Origin: Synechococcus sp.
Lineage (GTDB): Bacteria; Cyanobacteriota; Cyanobacteriia; PCC-6307; Cyanobiaceae
NCBI GenBank assembly: GCA_047284725.1
Contig: JBJBEO010000001.1
Location: 1,368,203 to 1,432,202, forward strand
Reading direction: 5' to 3'
DNA: 64,000 bases
The notes below the pieces were generated by a model, which saw nothing but the letters and a program-made list of their open reading frames with translations, ran no database searches and was not told the origin of the DNA. Within the stretch, counting starts at the first letter, position 1. Each line of letters starts with the position of its first letter. This document shows, one piece after another, positions 52,743-64,000 of the stretch. The position numbers and the translations under genes are program-made.

Positions 52743-54494
52743 ATGGCCGCTTTCCGTCTTGATCTGATCGGTCGCTACCTGCGCCCCCATCGCCGCACCG
52801 TGCTGCTTGGCGCCGTGGCCCTTGTGATCGTCAACATGCTCAGCGTGATGATCCCCATGGAAGTCCGCCGGGTGATCGACGAACTGCAGCCTGGTTTCGC
52901 GATCAGCGATGTGCTGCGTCAGGCCGGGTGGATCGTGTTGCTCGCCAGCACGATGGCCGTGGTTCGCTTGATGTCCAGGCAGCTGGTCTTTGGTGTTGGC
53001 CGGCAGGTGGAAGTGGAATTACGGCAGCGCCTGTTCGATCACATGCTTCGACAGGAACCAGGCTGGGTGCAGGAGACCGGCAGCGGCGAAGTGATCAGCC
53101 GGGCCACCAGTGACGTTGAAAACATCAGACGCCTTCTGGGCTTTGCGGTGTTGAGTCTCACCAACACAGCATTGGCCTATGCCTTCACCATCCCGGCCAT
53201 GCTGGCCATCGATCCGGGACTGACAGTGGCAGCCATTGCCGTCTATCCCGTGATGCTGGGCACGGTGCGCCTATTCGGCGGCAGGATGATGCGTCAGCAA
53301 CGACGCCAGCAGGAGCATCTGGCTGGACTGAGCGACTTGATCCAGGAGGATCTCTCTGGGATCGCCGCCATCAAGATCTACGGCCAGGAAGCACAGGAGA
53401 AGGTCGCCTTTCAAGAGCGGAACCGCAACTACCGGGATGCCGCCATTCGTCTCGCTCGCACCCGCAGCACCCTTTTTCCTTCGCTTGAGGGAATGTCTTC
53501 GCTGTCTCTGCCACTGCTCCTGGCTCTTGGCAGTGGCCAGCTGCAGGCAGGCACCCTCAGCATCGGCGGACTGGTGGCCCTGATCCTTTACGTGGAAAGG
53601 CTGGTCTTTCCCACCGCCCTCCTTGGATTCACCCTCAACACCTTTCAGACAGGCCAGGTGAGCTTGGAGCGGGTGGAGGAATTGCTCGAGCGGCGTCCCT
53701 TCATCACTGACCCCCCCGAACCCAACCATTTGAACCAACCGGTTCAGGGGCGCATCGAAGCCAGAAATCTCTGCATCCGCTACGACAACAGCGAGAGAAA
53801 AACGCTTTCAGGCCTTTCGTTTGTCATCGAGCCTGGAGAACTGGTGGCCGTCGTCGGCCCCGTTGGTTGCGGCAAAACCACCCTGGCCCGGGCATTGGGA
53901 CGCATGGTGAACGTTGAGGAAGGCCAGCTGTTCCTCGATGGCTGTGATCTCACCACGCTTCGTTTGCGTGATCTGCGGGAACACGTGGCCCTGGTGCCCC
54001 AAGAGGGCTATCTCTTCACCAACTCGTTGGCTGACAATCTGCGCTACGGCAACCCAAGTGCGGAGATCGCCAAGGTTGAGGCAGCCGCAGAACAGGCTCG
54101 CCTCATGGATGATGTGCGTGGTTTTCCGGATGGATTTGACACCTTGGTGGGTGAACGCGGAATCACCCTCAGCGGCGGACAGCGCCAGCGGACGGCACTG
54201 GGCAGAGCCCTGCTGATGACCTCTCCGATCCTTGTTCTTGACGATGCCCTGGCGAGCGTTGACAACAACACCGCTGCAGCGATCCTTGCGTCGATCCGCC
54301 AGCAGCGGCAACGCACGATTGTGATGATCAGCCACCAGCTTTCAGCGGCTGCCGCCTGTGATCGCATCCTTGTGATCGAGCAAGGATGCCTCGTCCAGGA
54401 AGGTCACCACAGCACCCTGGTCAAAGAAAACGGTCTGTATCGCCGGCTCTGGGAACGCGAACAAGCGTCGGAACGTCTCGAAGCAGTGGCCTGA
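52743..54494 (+). CDS. ABC exporter, fused permease/ATPase
   Basis: [21 protein letters not shown]. Confidence 0.93.
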   Translation: MAAFRLDLIGRYLRPHRRTVLLGAVALVIVNMLSVMIPMEVRRVIDELQPGFAISDVLRQAGWIVLLASTMAVVRLMSRQLVFGVGRQVEVELRQRLFDHMLRQEPGWVQETGSGEVISRATSDVENIRRLLGFAVLSLTNTALAYAFTIPAMLAIDPGLTVAAIAVYPVMLGTVRLFGGRMMRQQRRQQEHLAGLSDLIQEDLSGIAAIKIYGQEAQEKVAFQERNRNYRDAAIRLARTRSTLFPSLEGMSSLSLPLLLALGSGQLQAGTLSIGGLVALILYVERLVFPTALLGFTLNTFQTGQVSLERVEELLERRPFITDPPEPNHLNQPVQGRIEARNLCIRYDNSERKTLSGLSFVIEPGELVAVVGPVGCGKTTLARALGRMVNVEEGQLFLDGCDLTTLRLRDLREHVALVPQEGYLFTNSLADNLRYGNPSAEIAKVEAAAEQARLMDDVRGFPDGFDTLVGERGITLSGGQRQRTALGRALLMTSPILVLDDALASVDNNTAAAILASIRQQRQRTIVMISHQLSAAAACDRILVIEQGCLVQEGHHSTLVKENGLYRRLWEREQASERLEAVA

Positions 54495-54543
54495 TCCGCG
54501 ATTCATGGCTTAGCTGAAACTACTGTTCAATGGTTGACGAGCC

Positions 54544-54792
54544 ATGGCGTCTTCCAAGTCCTATCTGGTGCGTTGCACCCTCACCTTCGGAGATATCTAC
54601 ATCCAGATCCTGGCCTGGATGGCTGTGATCTTTGTCAGCCTCGCCGCAGGCCTCGCATTGATGGGGTCAAGCAGGCCCTTGTTCGCGCTCGTGGGGGTCG
54701 GCCTGATCTTGGTTCTGAGCCTTCCTTTCCTTCTCTTCGCCTTTGTCACAACGCTGCTGAACCACATTCAGCTGACGAAACCTTCGACATAA
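54544..54792 (+). CDS. Small membrane protein (2 TM)
   Basis: CTLTFGDIY.QI..W, LLFAFVTTLLNHI. Confidence 0.75.
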   Translation: MASSKSYLVRCTLTFGDIYIQILAWMAVIFVSLAAGLALMGSSRPLFALVGVGLILVLSLPFLLFAFVTTLLNHIQLTKPST

Positions 54793-54980
54793 CGACGACT
54801 GCTCACCCCAATCGTTCTGACCTGAGGACCGGCAGGTCTTCAGAACTTCATTGAATCAAACTGAAACGACTGGGAGAAGCTCAAGCCGGATGGATTGAGC
54901 ACCAGCCGCAACCACCAAGAGCGAACCGAAGCACCTCACTCCACCACAGATGAGCAGGATTCCTAGGGTGAGCCTTGAGA

Positions 54981-55709
54981 ATGAATGCTTCCATGTTGCC
55001 TTCCTGGTTGACGGGTCAATCCTCTTCAGATGCAACCAAAGGCGATGACAGGCATGCGGTGCTGGGAACTGCACTGAAGGGGCCCTTGATGGACGATCAA
55101 GAGGAAGCACTGTTTGCGTGTGGTTGCTTCTGGGGTGCCGAAAAAGGGTTCTGGCGTCTTCCCGGAGTGGTGACAACCGCCGTCGGGTTTGCCGGCGGTC
55201 AGCTTCCTGACCCCAGTTACAACCAGGTCTGCAGTGGTCGCACAGGCCACACGGAAGTGGTGCGAGTGGTTTGGAGCACGCCTGCCATTGATTTCAGCGA
55301 TCTGCTCAAGCTGTTTTGGGAATGCCACGACCCCACACAGGGGGACCGTCAGGGGAATGACCGCGGCAGCCAATACCGATCAGCGATCTACACCACAACC
55401 GAGCGTCAACACGCGTTGGCCGTGGCCAGCAAAGCGGCCTATGGATCAAAGCTGACCAGGGATGGGTTCGCTGCAATCACAACGGAAATCAAGGCCGATC
55501 AGACGTTCTATCCCGCTGAGGCCTATCACCAGCAGTACCTGGCCAAGCCAGGCAGTCGCCCCTATTGCTCAGCCATGCCCACAGGGGTTCTGCTCGAGGC
55601 CTTCGAGGGCGCCGACTACAAGTTGTCCCCGAGAGTCTGGGATTTCTACGATTGGTCGATCTCCCACTGCGTGCTGAGGGGTGACAACAGTCCGATCAGC
55701 CTGGCATGA
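54981..55709 (+). CDS. msrA: Peptide methionine sulfoxide reductase A
   Basis: GCFWG, GHTEVV, QYRSAIY, AEAYHQQY. Confidence 0.95.
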   Translation: MNASMLPSWLTGQSSSDATKGDDRHAVLGTALKGPLMDDQEEALFACGCFWGAEKGFWRLPGVVTTAVGFAGGQLPDPSYNQVCSGRTGHTEVVRVVWSTPAIDFSDLLKLFWECHDPTQGDRQGNDRGSQYRSAIYTTTERQHALAVASKAAYGSKLTRDGFAAITTEIKADQTFYPAEAYHQQYLAKPGSRPYCSAMPTGVLLEAFEGADYKLSPRVWDFYDWSISHCVLRGDNSPISLA

Positions 55710-55867
55710 AAACACCGTTTCCCGACTGGCTGGTGCTGACGACGATCCTCCTCACCCTGTTGGTGGTCTTTGCGCTCGCCTTCAGCCTCAGGCCCAGTGA
55801 CCCAGACGGACCTCCCTTGCTTTGGCGCACCACGCCACCCGAACGCGGAGACTCTCTTCAGATCTGA
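55706..55867 (+). CDS. 53-aa single-TM protein (not in ORF track)
   Basis: ATGA overlap with msrA stop; MKTPFPDWLVLTTILLTLLVVFALAFSLR... Confidence 0.6.
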   Translation: MKTPFPDWLVLTTILLTLLVVFALAFSLRPSDPDGPPLLWRTTPPERGDSLQI

Positions 55868-55932
55868 CCACCGCTACTCCGCAACACAGCAACGTGCTGC
55901 CAAGGTGAACACTCTCTTCATCTGCCTGCTGT

Positions 55933-56283
55933 TTGCCTGCACCACCCGAGCCACAACAACAGCGGCGCCGGCTTCACCCGCTCCCCAAAGGTCTGGTGGA
56001 GCTTTACGGGCTCCTGGCAGTGCTCGTGGTGCTGATTCCTGAATGGCTGGCGGATGGCACCCTGTCGATGGACATCCGCAAAAGCGGTGATTCCATGCCG
56101 ATGACCACGCGGGCCTGGCGCACCCTGCCGGAATTGCAATTGGCGTCGATGAGCCTCAGTGAGCTGCGTGAACTGGCCAGACGCTGGCGAATCTGGGGTT
56201 ACAGCAGCGACCCCCGCGACCACCTCACCCAGCGCCTGCTGCATCGCGTTCGCCGTCAAAAGAGAGGGCGACATGCCTTGTGA
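55933..56283 (+). CDS. Conserved hypothetical protein
   Basis: LHPLPKGLVELYGL..VLVVLIPEW. Confidence 0.7.
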   Translation: MPAPPEPQQQRRRLHPLPKGLVELYGLLAVLVVLIPEWLADGTLSMDIRKSGDSMPMTTRAWRTLPELQLASMSLSELRELARRWRIWGYSSDPRDHLTQRLLHRVRRQKRGRHAL

Positions 56284-56297
56284 TAACTTCGTTCTGC

Positions 56298-56371
56298 CGG
56301 GGCGTAGCGCAGCTTGGTAGCGCACCACTTTGGGGTAGTGGGGGTCGTGGGTTCAAATCCCGCCGCTCCGA
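56298..56371 (+). tRNA. tRNA-Pro(GGG)
   Basis: Cloverleaf CGGGGCG...; anticodon loop TTGGGGT; GTTCAAATC; no encoded CCA. Confidence 0.97.
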
Positions 56372-56396
56372 TTCCGTCCACCTGATCACCCCAGCG

Positions 56397-56427
56397 AAAG
56401 TTCCTCCGAAGGAGGAGCTTTTTTTTT
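56397..56427 (+). terminator. Intrinsic terminator after tRNA
   Basis: AAAGTTCCTCC-GAA-GGAGGAGC followed by a T-run. Confidence 0.9.
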
Positions 56428-56431
56428 GCCT

Positions 56432-56770
56432 TCAGCTCTTCGTCTTGCGATGGGTGGGAGGTTGCGGTTCAGAGGACTGTTGATGCGCGCACGTCAGTCG
56501 GGTTGAAGCGGCGTAGCCTTTCAACCAGCGATTCACGCGCACCCGCTGAGAGGGAGGAATCTCGCCCAGAATCTGGGAAAGCTCCAGGGCTCCAAGCCGC
56601 TTGAGTTCTCTCACATCCACATGCCATAACTGTTCCGCCTCACGGATCAGACGCGCCCAGGTGCGCACCTGCTGCCACATCTGCAGTCGCAGCCTGGGTA
56701 GATCACCCTGCACTCCACTGGAGGGGCAGGGCTTTCTCCGGCGATGGATCTTGTGAGGTAACGCAGCCAT
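56432..56770 (-). CDS. Conserved hypothetical protein
   Basis: WQQVRTWARLIREAE.LWHVDVR. Confidence 0.65.
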   Translation of the reverse strand: MAALPHKIHRRRKPCPSSGVQGDLPRLRLQMWQQVRTWARLIREAEQLWHVDVRELKRLGALELSQILGEIPPSQRVRVNRWLKGYAASTRLTCAHQQSSEPQPPTHRKTKS

Positions 56771-56848
56771 GACACCAGCCTGAAGAGCAAACGGCCATGC
56801 GCCTCAAACCTTCTGGGAGGCTTCCAAGTGATGAAGCAAATCCTGTGT

Positions 56849-57709
56849 TCAGGAAGCCAGCTGCAGGTCTGATTCGAGCTTCTGAACCGGGAATTCAAGC
56901 GCTTCAGCTTCGCGAACACTGAGGCGGCGTGTCCAGGCTCCAGGAACAGGGTCATTCCAACGGAAACCAGCTTCACGGGCGAGGTGACGCTGGTCGTAGC
57001 TCACTTGAGCTTTGAACAGGGCACGAGGTTCAAGACCCAGACGCACCCGCTCCTCAAGATCCTCACAACGACGAAACACCTCGGCGAGGTAAATGCAATC
57101 CGTGAGAGCGCGGTGGGCGGCCCAGACGGGAATCTCATAGGCCAGTGCCAGATCCCTCACCGATGGCCTGGCTCGCAGCTGACGGTCCTCTGGCCAGCGC
57201 ATGTCTTCCATACTGCACAGCCAGGGCTTGGTGATGGCCGGCAAAGGACCACGGCCAAACCACTGGCGATCGAAGGCAGCGTGATGGGCGACCACCACAT
57301 CGGCTGACTCCACCAGAGCCTCGAAATAGACCAGAGCCGCTTGCCAGGGCTGCGGCCGATTCGTGGCTGCAGCAGGAATGTGATTGATCGGTTCTGCAGG
57401 ATTGTCTGCAACGGGCAGAAGAAACGACAGCTGAGCCAACACCTGACGACTGGGCAGATCAAACAGAACAACGCCCACCTCAAGACAACTGTTCGATCGC
57501 GCATCCAAGCCTGTGGTTTCCGTATCCAGGATCAGCAACGTGGACACCGCCTCCGCAGGGGTTGCCTGACGATCCATGTCCGTCACGTCCTTCAGGCTGT
57601 CTGTGCTGTCGATCAAAAGGGGGTCAGGCTGCTGCCCGGCCGCTGACGGGGTTGCAAATCCCGTCAACGAGAGCAGATCGAGTTGACCGGGAGCGGACTG
57701 GGCCTCCAT
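56849..57709 (-). CDS. DEDDh 3'-5' exonuclease (DnaQ-like)
   Basis: ILDTETTGL, AHHAAFD, AHRALTD. Confidence 0.9.
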   Translation of the reverse strand: MEAQSAPGQLDLLSLTGFATPSAAGQQPDPLLIDSTDSLKDVTDMDRQATPAEAVSTLLILDTETTGLDARSNSCLEVGVVLFDLPSRQVLAQLSFLLPVADNPAEPINHIPAAATNRPQPWQAALVYFEALVESADVVVAHHAAFDRQWFGRGPLPAITKPWLCSMEDMRWPEDRQLRARPSVRDLALAYEIPVWAAHRALTDCIYLAEVFRRCEDLEERVRLGLEPRALFKAQVSYDQRHLAREAGFRWNDPVPGAWTRRLSVREAEALEFPVQKLESDLQLAS

Positions 57710-57835
57710 TCAGATACCTTCGCCGAGGTCCCCATTCTCAGCTCTGCTGTCTAGTCCTTGTCCGATCAGGAGGGTGGCCCTCGACCTCTCACCACAGTCT
57801 CTAGGGTGCCTGCCATTGAATCCTTGGAGCTGGCG

Positions 57836-58297
57836 ATGCCCCTCAGCGTTGGAGATCAAGCTCCCAACATCAGCCTTGAAGATCACAATGGCAACACCTG
57901 CGCGATCGGTGACCGTGCTGGCACCGCCCTGGTGCTGTTTTTCTACCCCAAAGATGACACGCCGGGATGCACGGCCGAAGCCTGTGGCTTCCGCGATACC
58001 TACGCCGATCTCAAACAACTGGGAGCTGAAGTCTGGGGCGTGAGTGGCGATGACATCGTCAGTCATCGGCGCTTTTCTGAGCGCCATCAGCTTCCGTTTC
58101 CTTTATTGAGTGACACCAACCAGCAACTGCGTCGGGCCTTCGGTGTTCCCAAAACCCTGGGATTGCTTCCCTCACGCGTCACCTACGTGATTGACGGCAA
58201 TGGCACGATTTGCCATGTCTTCAACAATCTGCTCGATGGACCCGCCCATGTCAGAGAGGCCATGCAGGTGTTGCAGTCGTTGCCATCCCAGGCATGA
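57836..58297 (+). CDS. Peroxiredoxin (BCP/PrxQ)
   Basis: FFYPKDDTPGCTAEACGFRD. Confidence 0.95.
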   Translation: MPLSVGDQAPNISLEDHNGNTCAIGDRAGTALVLFFYPKDDTPGCTAEACGFRDTYADLKQLGAEVWGVSGDDIVSHRRFSERHQLPFPLLSDTNQQLRRAFGVPKTLGLLPSRVTYVIDGNGTICHVFNNLLDGPAHVREAMQVLQSLPSQA

Positions 58298-59046
58298 GCA
58301 CTTGGCGCCGATTCGGCGACTGTTGGTGCCTCACACCGCGTAGGCCGAGAGGAATCGTTGAATTCCTGGGGGGAAGCTACCTGGCGGCCACCCCTCAGCT
58401 CAGCTATCGACGCCTGCTGGAGGGGTTGGCAGATCGGGAGTTTGCCATTCATGCCTGGAGTTACGTTCCGGGCTTTGATCACCAGCTGCAGGCACGACAA
58501 GCCTGGAGTTCCCTGAGGGAGTGCCGCACCAGATTGCAAGACCGATTGGGAGAACGCCTGCCGACCCTCAAGTTGGGGCACAGCCTGGGCTGCAAACTGC
58601 ATCTGCTAGCTCCGGATGGCGGCCGCAGCGGTCTTGGGTTCATCGGCTTGAGCTTCAACAACTTCACCGCCGACCAATCCATCCCCTTCCTGGGGGCCAT
58701 GGCTCCGAGCCTTGGGGTCAACACCGAGTTCAGCCCAAGCCCTCAGGAAACGCTGCGACTGATCCAGCGCCACTACTTGCAGACACGCAATCTGGTGGTT
58801 CGCTTTGGCAATGACCAGCTCGATCAAAGCCCGGATCTGATCGCCGCCCTGCAGGCAAGGACTGACGATGCCAGTGAACTGTGTCAGCTTCCTGGTGACC
58901 ACCTGACCCCCGCCAGCGCAGGCTTGCGCCGCCAGTTGTTGGGCGATTGGGCTGAAGGAGAGGAACGCCAGCGCCAGGTGGAGCAGCTGCACACCCTGAT
59001 CGTCGACTGGGCTTCAGGGAACCCATCCGTCGCACCAGCCAGTTAG
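58294..59046 (+). CDS. DUF1350 alpha/beta hydrolase-like protein
   Basis: FLGGSY, GHSLGCKLH, EFSPSP, GDHLTP. Confidence 0.85.
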   Translation: MSTWRRFGDCWCLTPRRPRGIVEFLGGSYLAATPQLSYRRLLEGLADREFAIHAWSYVPGFDHQLQARQAWSSLRECRTRLQDRLGERLPTLKLGHSLGCKLHLLAPDGGRSGLGFIGLSFNNFTADQSIPFLGAMAPSLGVNTEFSPSPQETLRLIQRHYLQTRNLVVRFGNDQLDQSPDLIAALQARTDDASELCQLPGDHLTPASAGLRRQLLGDWAEGEERQRQVEQLHTLIVDWASGNPSVAPAS

Positions 59047-59250
59047 GCAGCAGCAAGAAACCTGGTCACCGATCGAACAAGGCCTCCAGCCAATGGATCA
59101 ACGCAGGCAATCACGCTCCGACCACGAGCACACGTCAACGCGAATCAAGACCGCAACGCCTCCAGAAAACTGCACAACAACAAAAACGATGGTTCAATGC
59201 GCCAGCCAGGAAACGATTGATACAGTTAAAGCCATCGCCGACCTCAAAAA

Positions 59251-59721
59251 ATGAGCAACAATAACCACCAAATCTTGTTGCAAATTGCGCAGTTGATCGC
59301 CCTCAGTGATGGCTCAATTTCCAACGCAGAGGAAACAATGATTCTCGAGCTGCCGCAACGCTTAGGGCTCGATACCACAAGCATCGCCTCCGAGCAGACC
59401 AACCTCTCACTTGCTTCCCTAGGGCGTTCATTGCAAGAGCATGGTGATCGATGCCTAGCGGCGAAGATTGCTTGCCTCGTCGCAGGGGCATCACGGAATC
59501 CAGGCGATCAAAGCGAGATCAATGCTGATGAACGCGCCGGTTACCGAGAATTGATCAACACCCTCAACCTCAGCGAAGAGGAACTCGCCGAGATCGAATG
59601 GTCAGCCAAAGAACAGTTGAAGCAGGGGAAGACTTTGCTCCAACATCTCGGTGATGCGTTGTTTGGAGCCGGAAGATGGCCCGACCCAGCTCTGATGGGC
59701 CCAGAAATTCCCGGCCTGTGA
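59251..59721 (+). CDS. TerB-like hypothetical protein
   Basis: IALSDGSISNAEE and INADER motifs. Confidence 0.65.
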   Translation: MSNNNHQILLQIAQLIALSDGSISNAEETMILELPQRLGLDTTSIASEQTNLSLASLGRSLQEHGDRCLAAKIACLVAGASRNPGDQSEINADERAGYRELINTLNLSEEELAEIEWSAKEQLKQGKTLLQHLGDALFGAGRWPDPALMGPEIPGL

Positions 59722-59723
59722 GA

Positions 59724-61706
<1,983 letters not shown>

Positions 61707-61847
61707 CCAGAGGAGGGCTAAAGAGGAGGCTCGCCATTGGCCTGAGCCCTCCGCAGAGTAGTGAGCACATCCCTTCCTTCGAAACACTGCTTCGCAACTC
61801 GTCGCCGAGGTGAGAGGGTGGAGAACACTGCACGTTGACGCAGGCAG

Positions 61848-62525
61848 ATGACGACGCCAGCGGCTTGTCTGTTTGATCTCGATGGGCTGCTGCTCAACAC
61901 CGAGCCGTTGCATGGTGAGGCCTGGGCAAGGGCCGCTGCCCATTTCGGCACACCTCTACGCGCCGACCAACTGCTCCAACTGCGCGGCCGCCGACGCATG
62001 GACTGCGCCGATCAGGTGGTGGCCTGGATTGACGCAGACATCAACCGCAACGAGCTCCTGGCGATTCAACAGCCGATCGCTCGCCGGCTACTCCCCACAG
62101 CAGCAGCCAACCCCTGGGCAGAAGCTTTAGTGACGTGGTGTTCGGGCCACGGCATTCCCATGGCGCTGGTCACCAGCAGCGCGGCAGATTCAGTCGCTTA
62201 CAAAACAACAAGTCATCCCTGGATCAATCAGATCTCCACCCGCGTACTCGGGGATGACCCCGACCTCCAGGCGGGAAAACCGGCCCCGGATCCTTTTCAG
62301 CTGGCAGCCCACCGACTCGGAGTCGAAGCGAAAGACAGCTGGGCGTTTGAAGACTCAACCGCAGGGAGTGTCGCTGCCCTCGCGGCTGGATGCAAGCTCT
62401 GGGTATTAGCCCCGGAAAACACTGTCAGCCTTGATTGGACTGCATTGCCCCAAACCAATCAATGGACACGGATCGGCAGTCTTCACGACGCACTGAAGGC
62501 CCTGATGATCAGTACAGGCGGCTGA
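61848..62525 (+). CDS. HAD family hydrolase
   Basis: [19 protein letters not shown]. Confidence 0.9.
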   Translation: MTTPAACLFDLDGLLLNTEPLHGEAWARAAAHFGTPLRADQLLQLRGRRRMDCADQVVAWIDADINRNELLAIQQPIARRLLPTAAANPWAEALVTWCSGHGIPMALVTSSAADSVAYKTTSHPWINQISTRVLGDDPDLQAGKPAPDPFQLAAHRLGVEAKDSWAFEDSTAGSVAALAAGCKLWVLAPENTVSLDWTALPQTNQWTRIGSLHDALKALMISTGG

Positions 62526-63480
62526 GCACAAATTCAGGAAGTTCCCAGAGGGCCCTGCGGCAAGGGGAGTCAGGTAGCCACTCCAACGACTCGCGCGCTT
62601 CGCGCGCAAAGGTTTCGGCCAAGGCCCTGCTGCGCTGGATCGCCTCAGAGGCACGCACCAGTTCGAGAGCCTGCTCGAGATCCCCCTCGGCGCTGAACTC
62701 TCGTTCAATCAAACCCGCCAACGACGGCTGTTCCTCCAGGGCATAAAGAGCGGGGGCAGTGAGATAGCCGCTGGCAAGATCACTGGCGGCAGGCTTGCCA
62801 AGCTGCTGGTCGCTGCCAGTGAAATCAAGGATGTCGTCCACCACCTGGAAGGCCAAACCGAGTTGACGACCGAAGTGGTAAAGGGCATCGAGCCGCTCTG
62901 GTGATTGCTCGCTGAGGACACCTGCGGCACGAGCGCTGTTGGCGATGAGAGAAGCCGTTTTGCAGTAACTCTTCTCGAGATAGGTTTCAAACGACTGGCC
63001 AGTGTCGTAGCGGAAAAGCCCCTGCTTCACTTCACCATCTGCCAGATCCATGATGACGCGGCTGAGAAGCTTCACCACCTCGAGGTCATCCAGATTGGCG
63101 AGGTGCCAGCTGGCCTGAGCGAACAGGAAATCTCCTGCAAGCACTGCAACTCGGTGGTTGAAGCGGCTGTGAACAGTGGCGACTCCACGCCTGGTGGATG
63201 CCTCATCCACAACATCGTCATGGACCAGTGAGGCGGTATGGATCATCTCGGTGATCTCAGCCAGCCGCCGATGACGTGCGGTGAGCTCACCATCGGGCGC
63301 CAGAGCGCGAGAGATCAGCAGAACAATGCCGGGGCGGATTTTTTTACCGCCGGCACTGAACAGGTGCTCCGCCGCGGCCTGGAGGATGGGATGCCCCGCA
63401 CCGATGAGACTGCGAAGATCACTGAGAAGTGTCTCGAGGTCGAACTCGACCGGCTGCAACAGCTCAGTGACAGTGGCCAT
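62509..63480 (-). CDS. sds: Solanesyl diphosphate synthase
   Basis: GGKKIRP, HDDVVD, FQVVDDILD. Confidence 0.93.
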   Translation of the reverse strand: MATVTELLQPVEFDLETLLSDLRSLIGAGHPILQAAAEHLFSAGGKKIRPGIVLLISRALAPDGELTARHRRLAEITEMIHTASLVHDDVVDEASTRRGVATVHSRFNHRVAVLAGDFLFAQASWHLANLDDLEVVKLLSRVIMDLADGEVKQGLFRYDTGQSFETYLEKSYCKTASLIANSARAAGVLSEQSPERLDALYHFGRQLGLAFQVVDDILDFTGSDQQLGKPAASDLASGYLTAPALYALEEQPSLAGLIEREFSAEGDLEQALELVRASEAIQRSRALAETFAREARESLEWLPDSPCRRALWELPEFVLSRLY

Positions 63481-63520
63481 GGATCCCCTCGGTGCGGCGA
63501 TCCTAGAAGGCCCAGGCCGG

Positions 63521-64000
63521 CTATCGCAGGGTGACGGCCTCGACCCGGGGACGGGATCCAAGCCAGGGCGTGGCGCGCAAGGCAAATCCGTCGGGATCCG
63601 CCGTGACGCACAACCTGGTGCGGGCCAGAGAGAGAGGTTGATCGGGTTGCGCCGGTTCAGGTGCTCCGAGCAAGGCATCAAGCTGACGGGCCACTCCTTC
63701 GGCTGGATCGATCAGGCGAATCTCCGGCGGCAGCAGTGAGCGGAGGAGCGGTTCCAGCAGGGGGTAATGGGTACACCCGAGGATCACAGCCTCCACAGAG
63801 GCTTCCAACAGAGGAGCCAGGTAATGCAGAGCTTGCTGGCGAAGTTCCTGGCTGGCGAGATCGCCCCGTTCGATCAGAGGCACGAACGTGGGACAGGCCT
63901 GCTGCACCACGAGGGTGCCTGGATTCAAAGCTTCAATGCTGGCGCGATAAGCACCGGAGGCCACCGTGGCGGGAGTGGCCAAGACGCCGACCCGCGATTC
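63521..64000 (-). CDS. murI: Glutamate racemase (5'-truncated by window edge)
   Basis: GVLATPATV, ILGCTHYP. Confidence 0.92.
   Translation of the reverse strand, partial: ESRVGVLATPATVASGAYRASIEALNPGTLVVQQACPTFVPLIERGDLASQELRQQALHYLAPLLEASVEAVILGCTHYPLLEPLLRSLLPPEIRLIDPAEGVARQLDALLGAPEPAQPDQPLSLARTRLCVTADPDGFALRATPWLGSRPRVEAVTLR

Noticed and set aside
56298..56430. tRNA-Pro as an integration site
   Set aside because: No duplicated tRNA 3' end or integrase seen; flanks look like core genome
59210..59224. GAA-N8-TAC NtcA-like site before the TerB-like gene
   Set aside because: The conserved GT is broken; could be chance in an A-rich spacer

Overview
Chromosomal window (roughly 60% GC by eye) from a picocyanobacterium, most likely marine Synechococcus or a Cyanobium relative, judged from apcF, psb28, GUN4, PAM68, sipA, an intein-free dnaE and scarce HIP1 octamers. 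Most of it is core genome: M16 peptidases, bioY, lspA, FHA-PBP, glnA, mnmH, secDF, pdhB, ispE, rsmA, rlmH, umuDC, dnaG, ruvA, rpsO, dnaE, gatA, rlmB, carA, trpD, msrA, tRNA-Pro, acs, sds and murI. Two regions stand out. (1) At the glnA locus a canonical NtcA-activated promoter drives glnA. A convergent 86-aa ORF has a perfect NtcA box overlapping its predicted start site and a C-terminal IF7-like motif, making it a candidate glutamine-synthetase inactivating factor. (2) An accessory zone at about 29.4-37.0 kb holds small ORFs, a degenerate HNH-like protein, LexA-boxed umuDC, and an AT-rich gene for an 821-aa acidic cadherin/Ig-like protein. That gene is flanked by apparently identical 263-bp direct repeats that duplicate a whole small gene, with no integrase or transposase nearby. 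All calls come from reading the sequence and recalling families; no searches were run, and start codons are best estimates.
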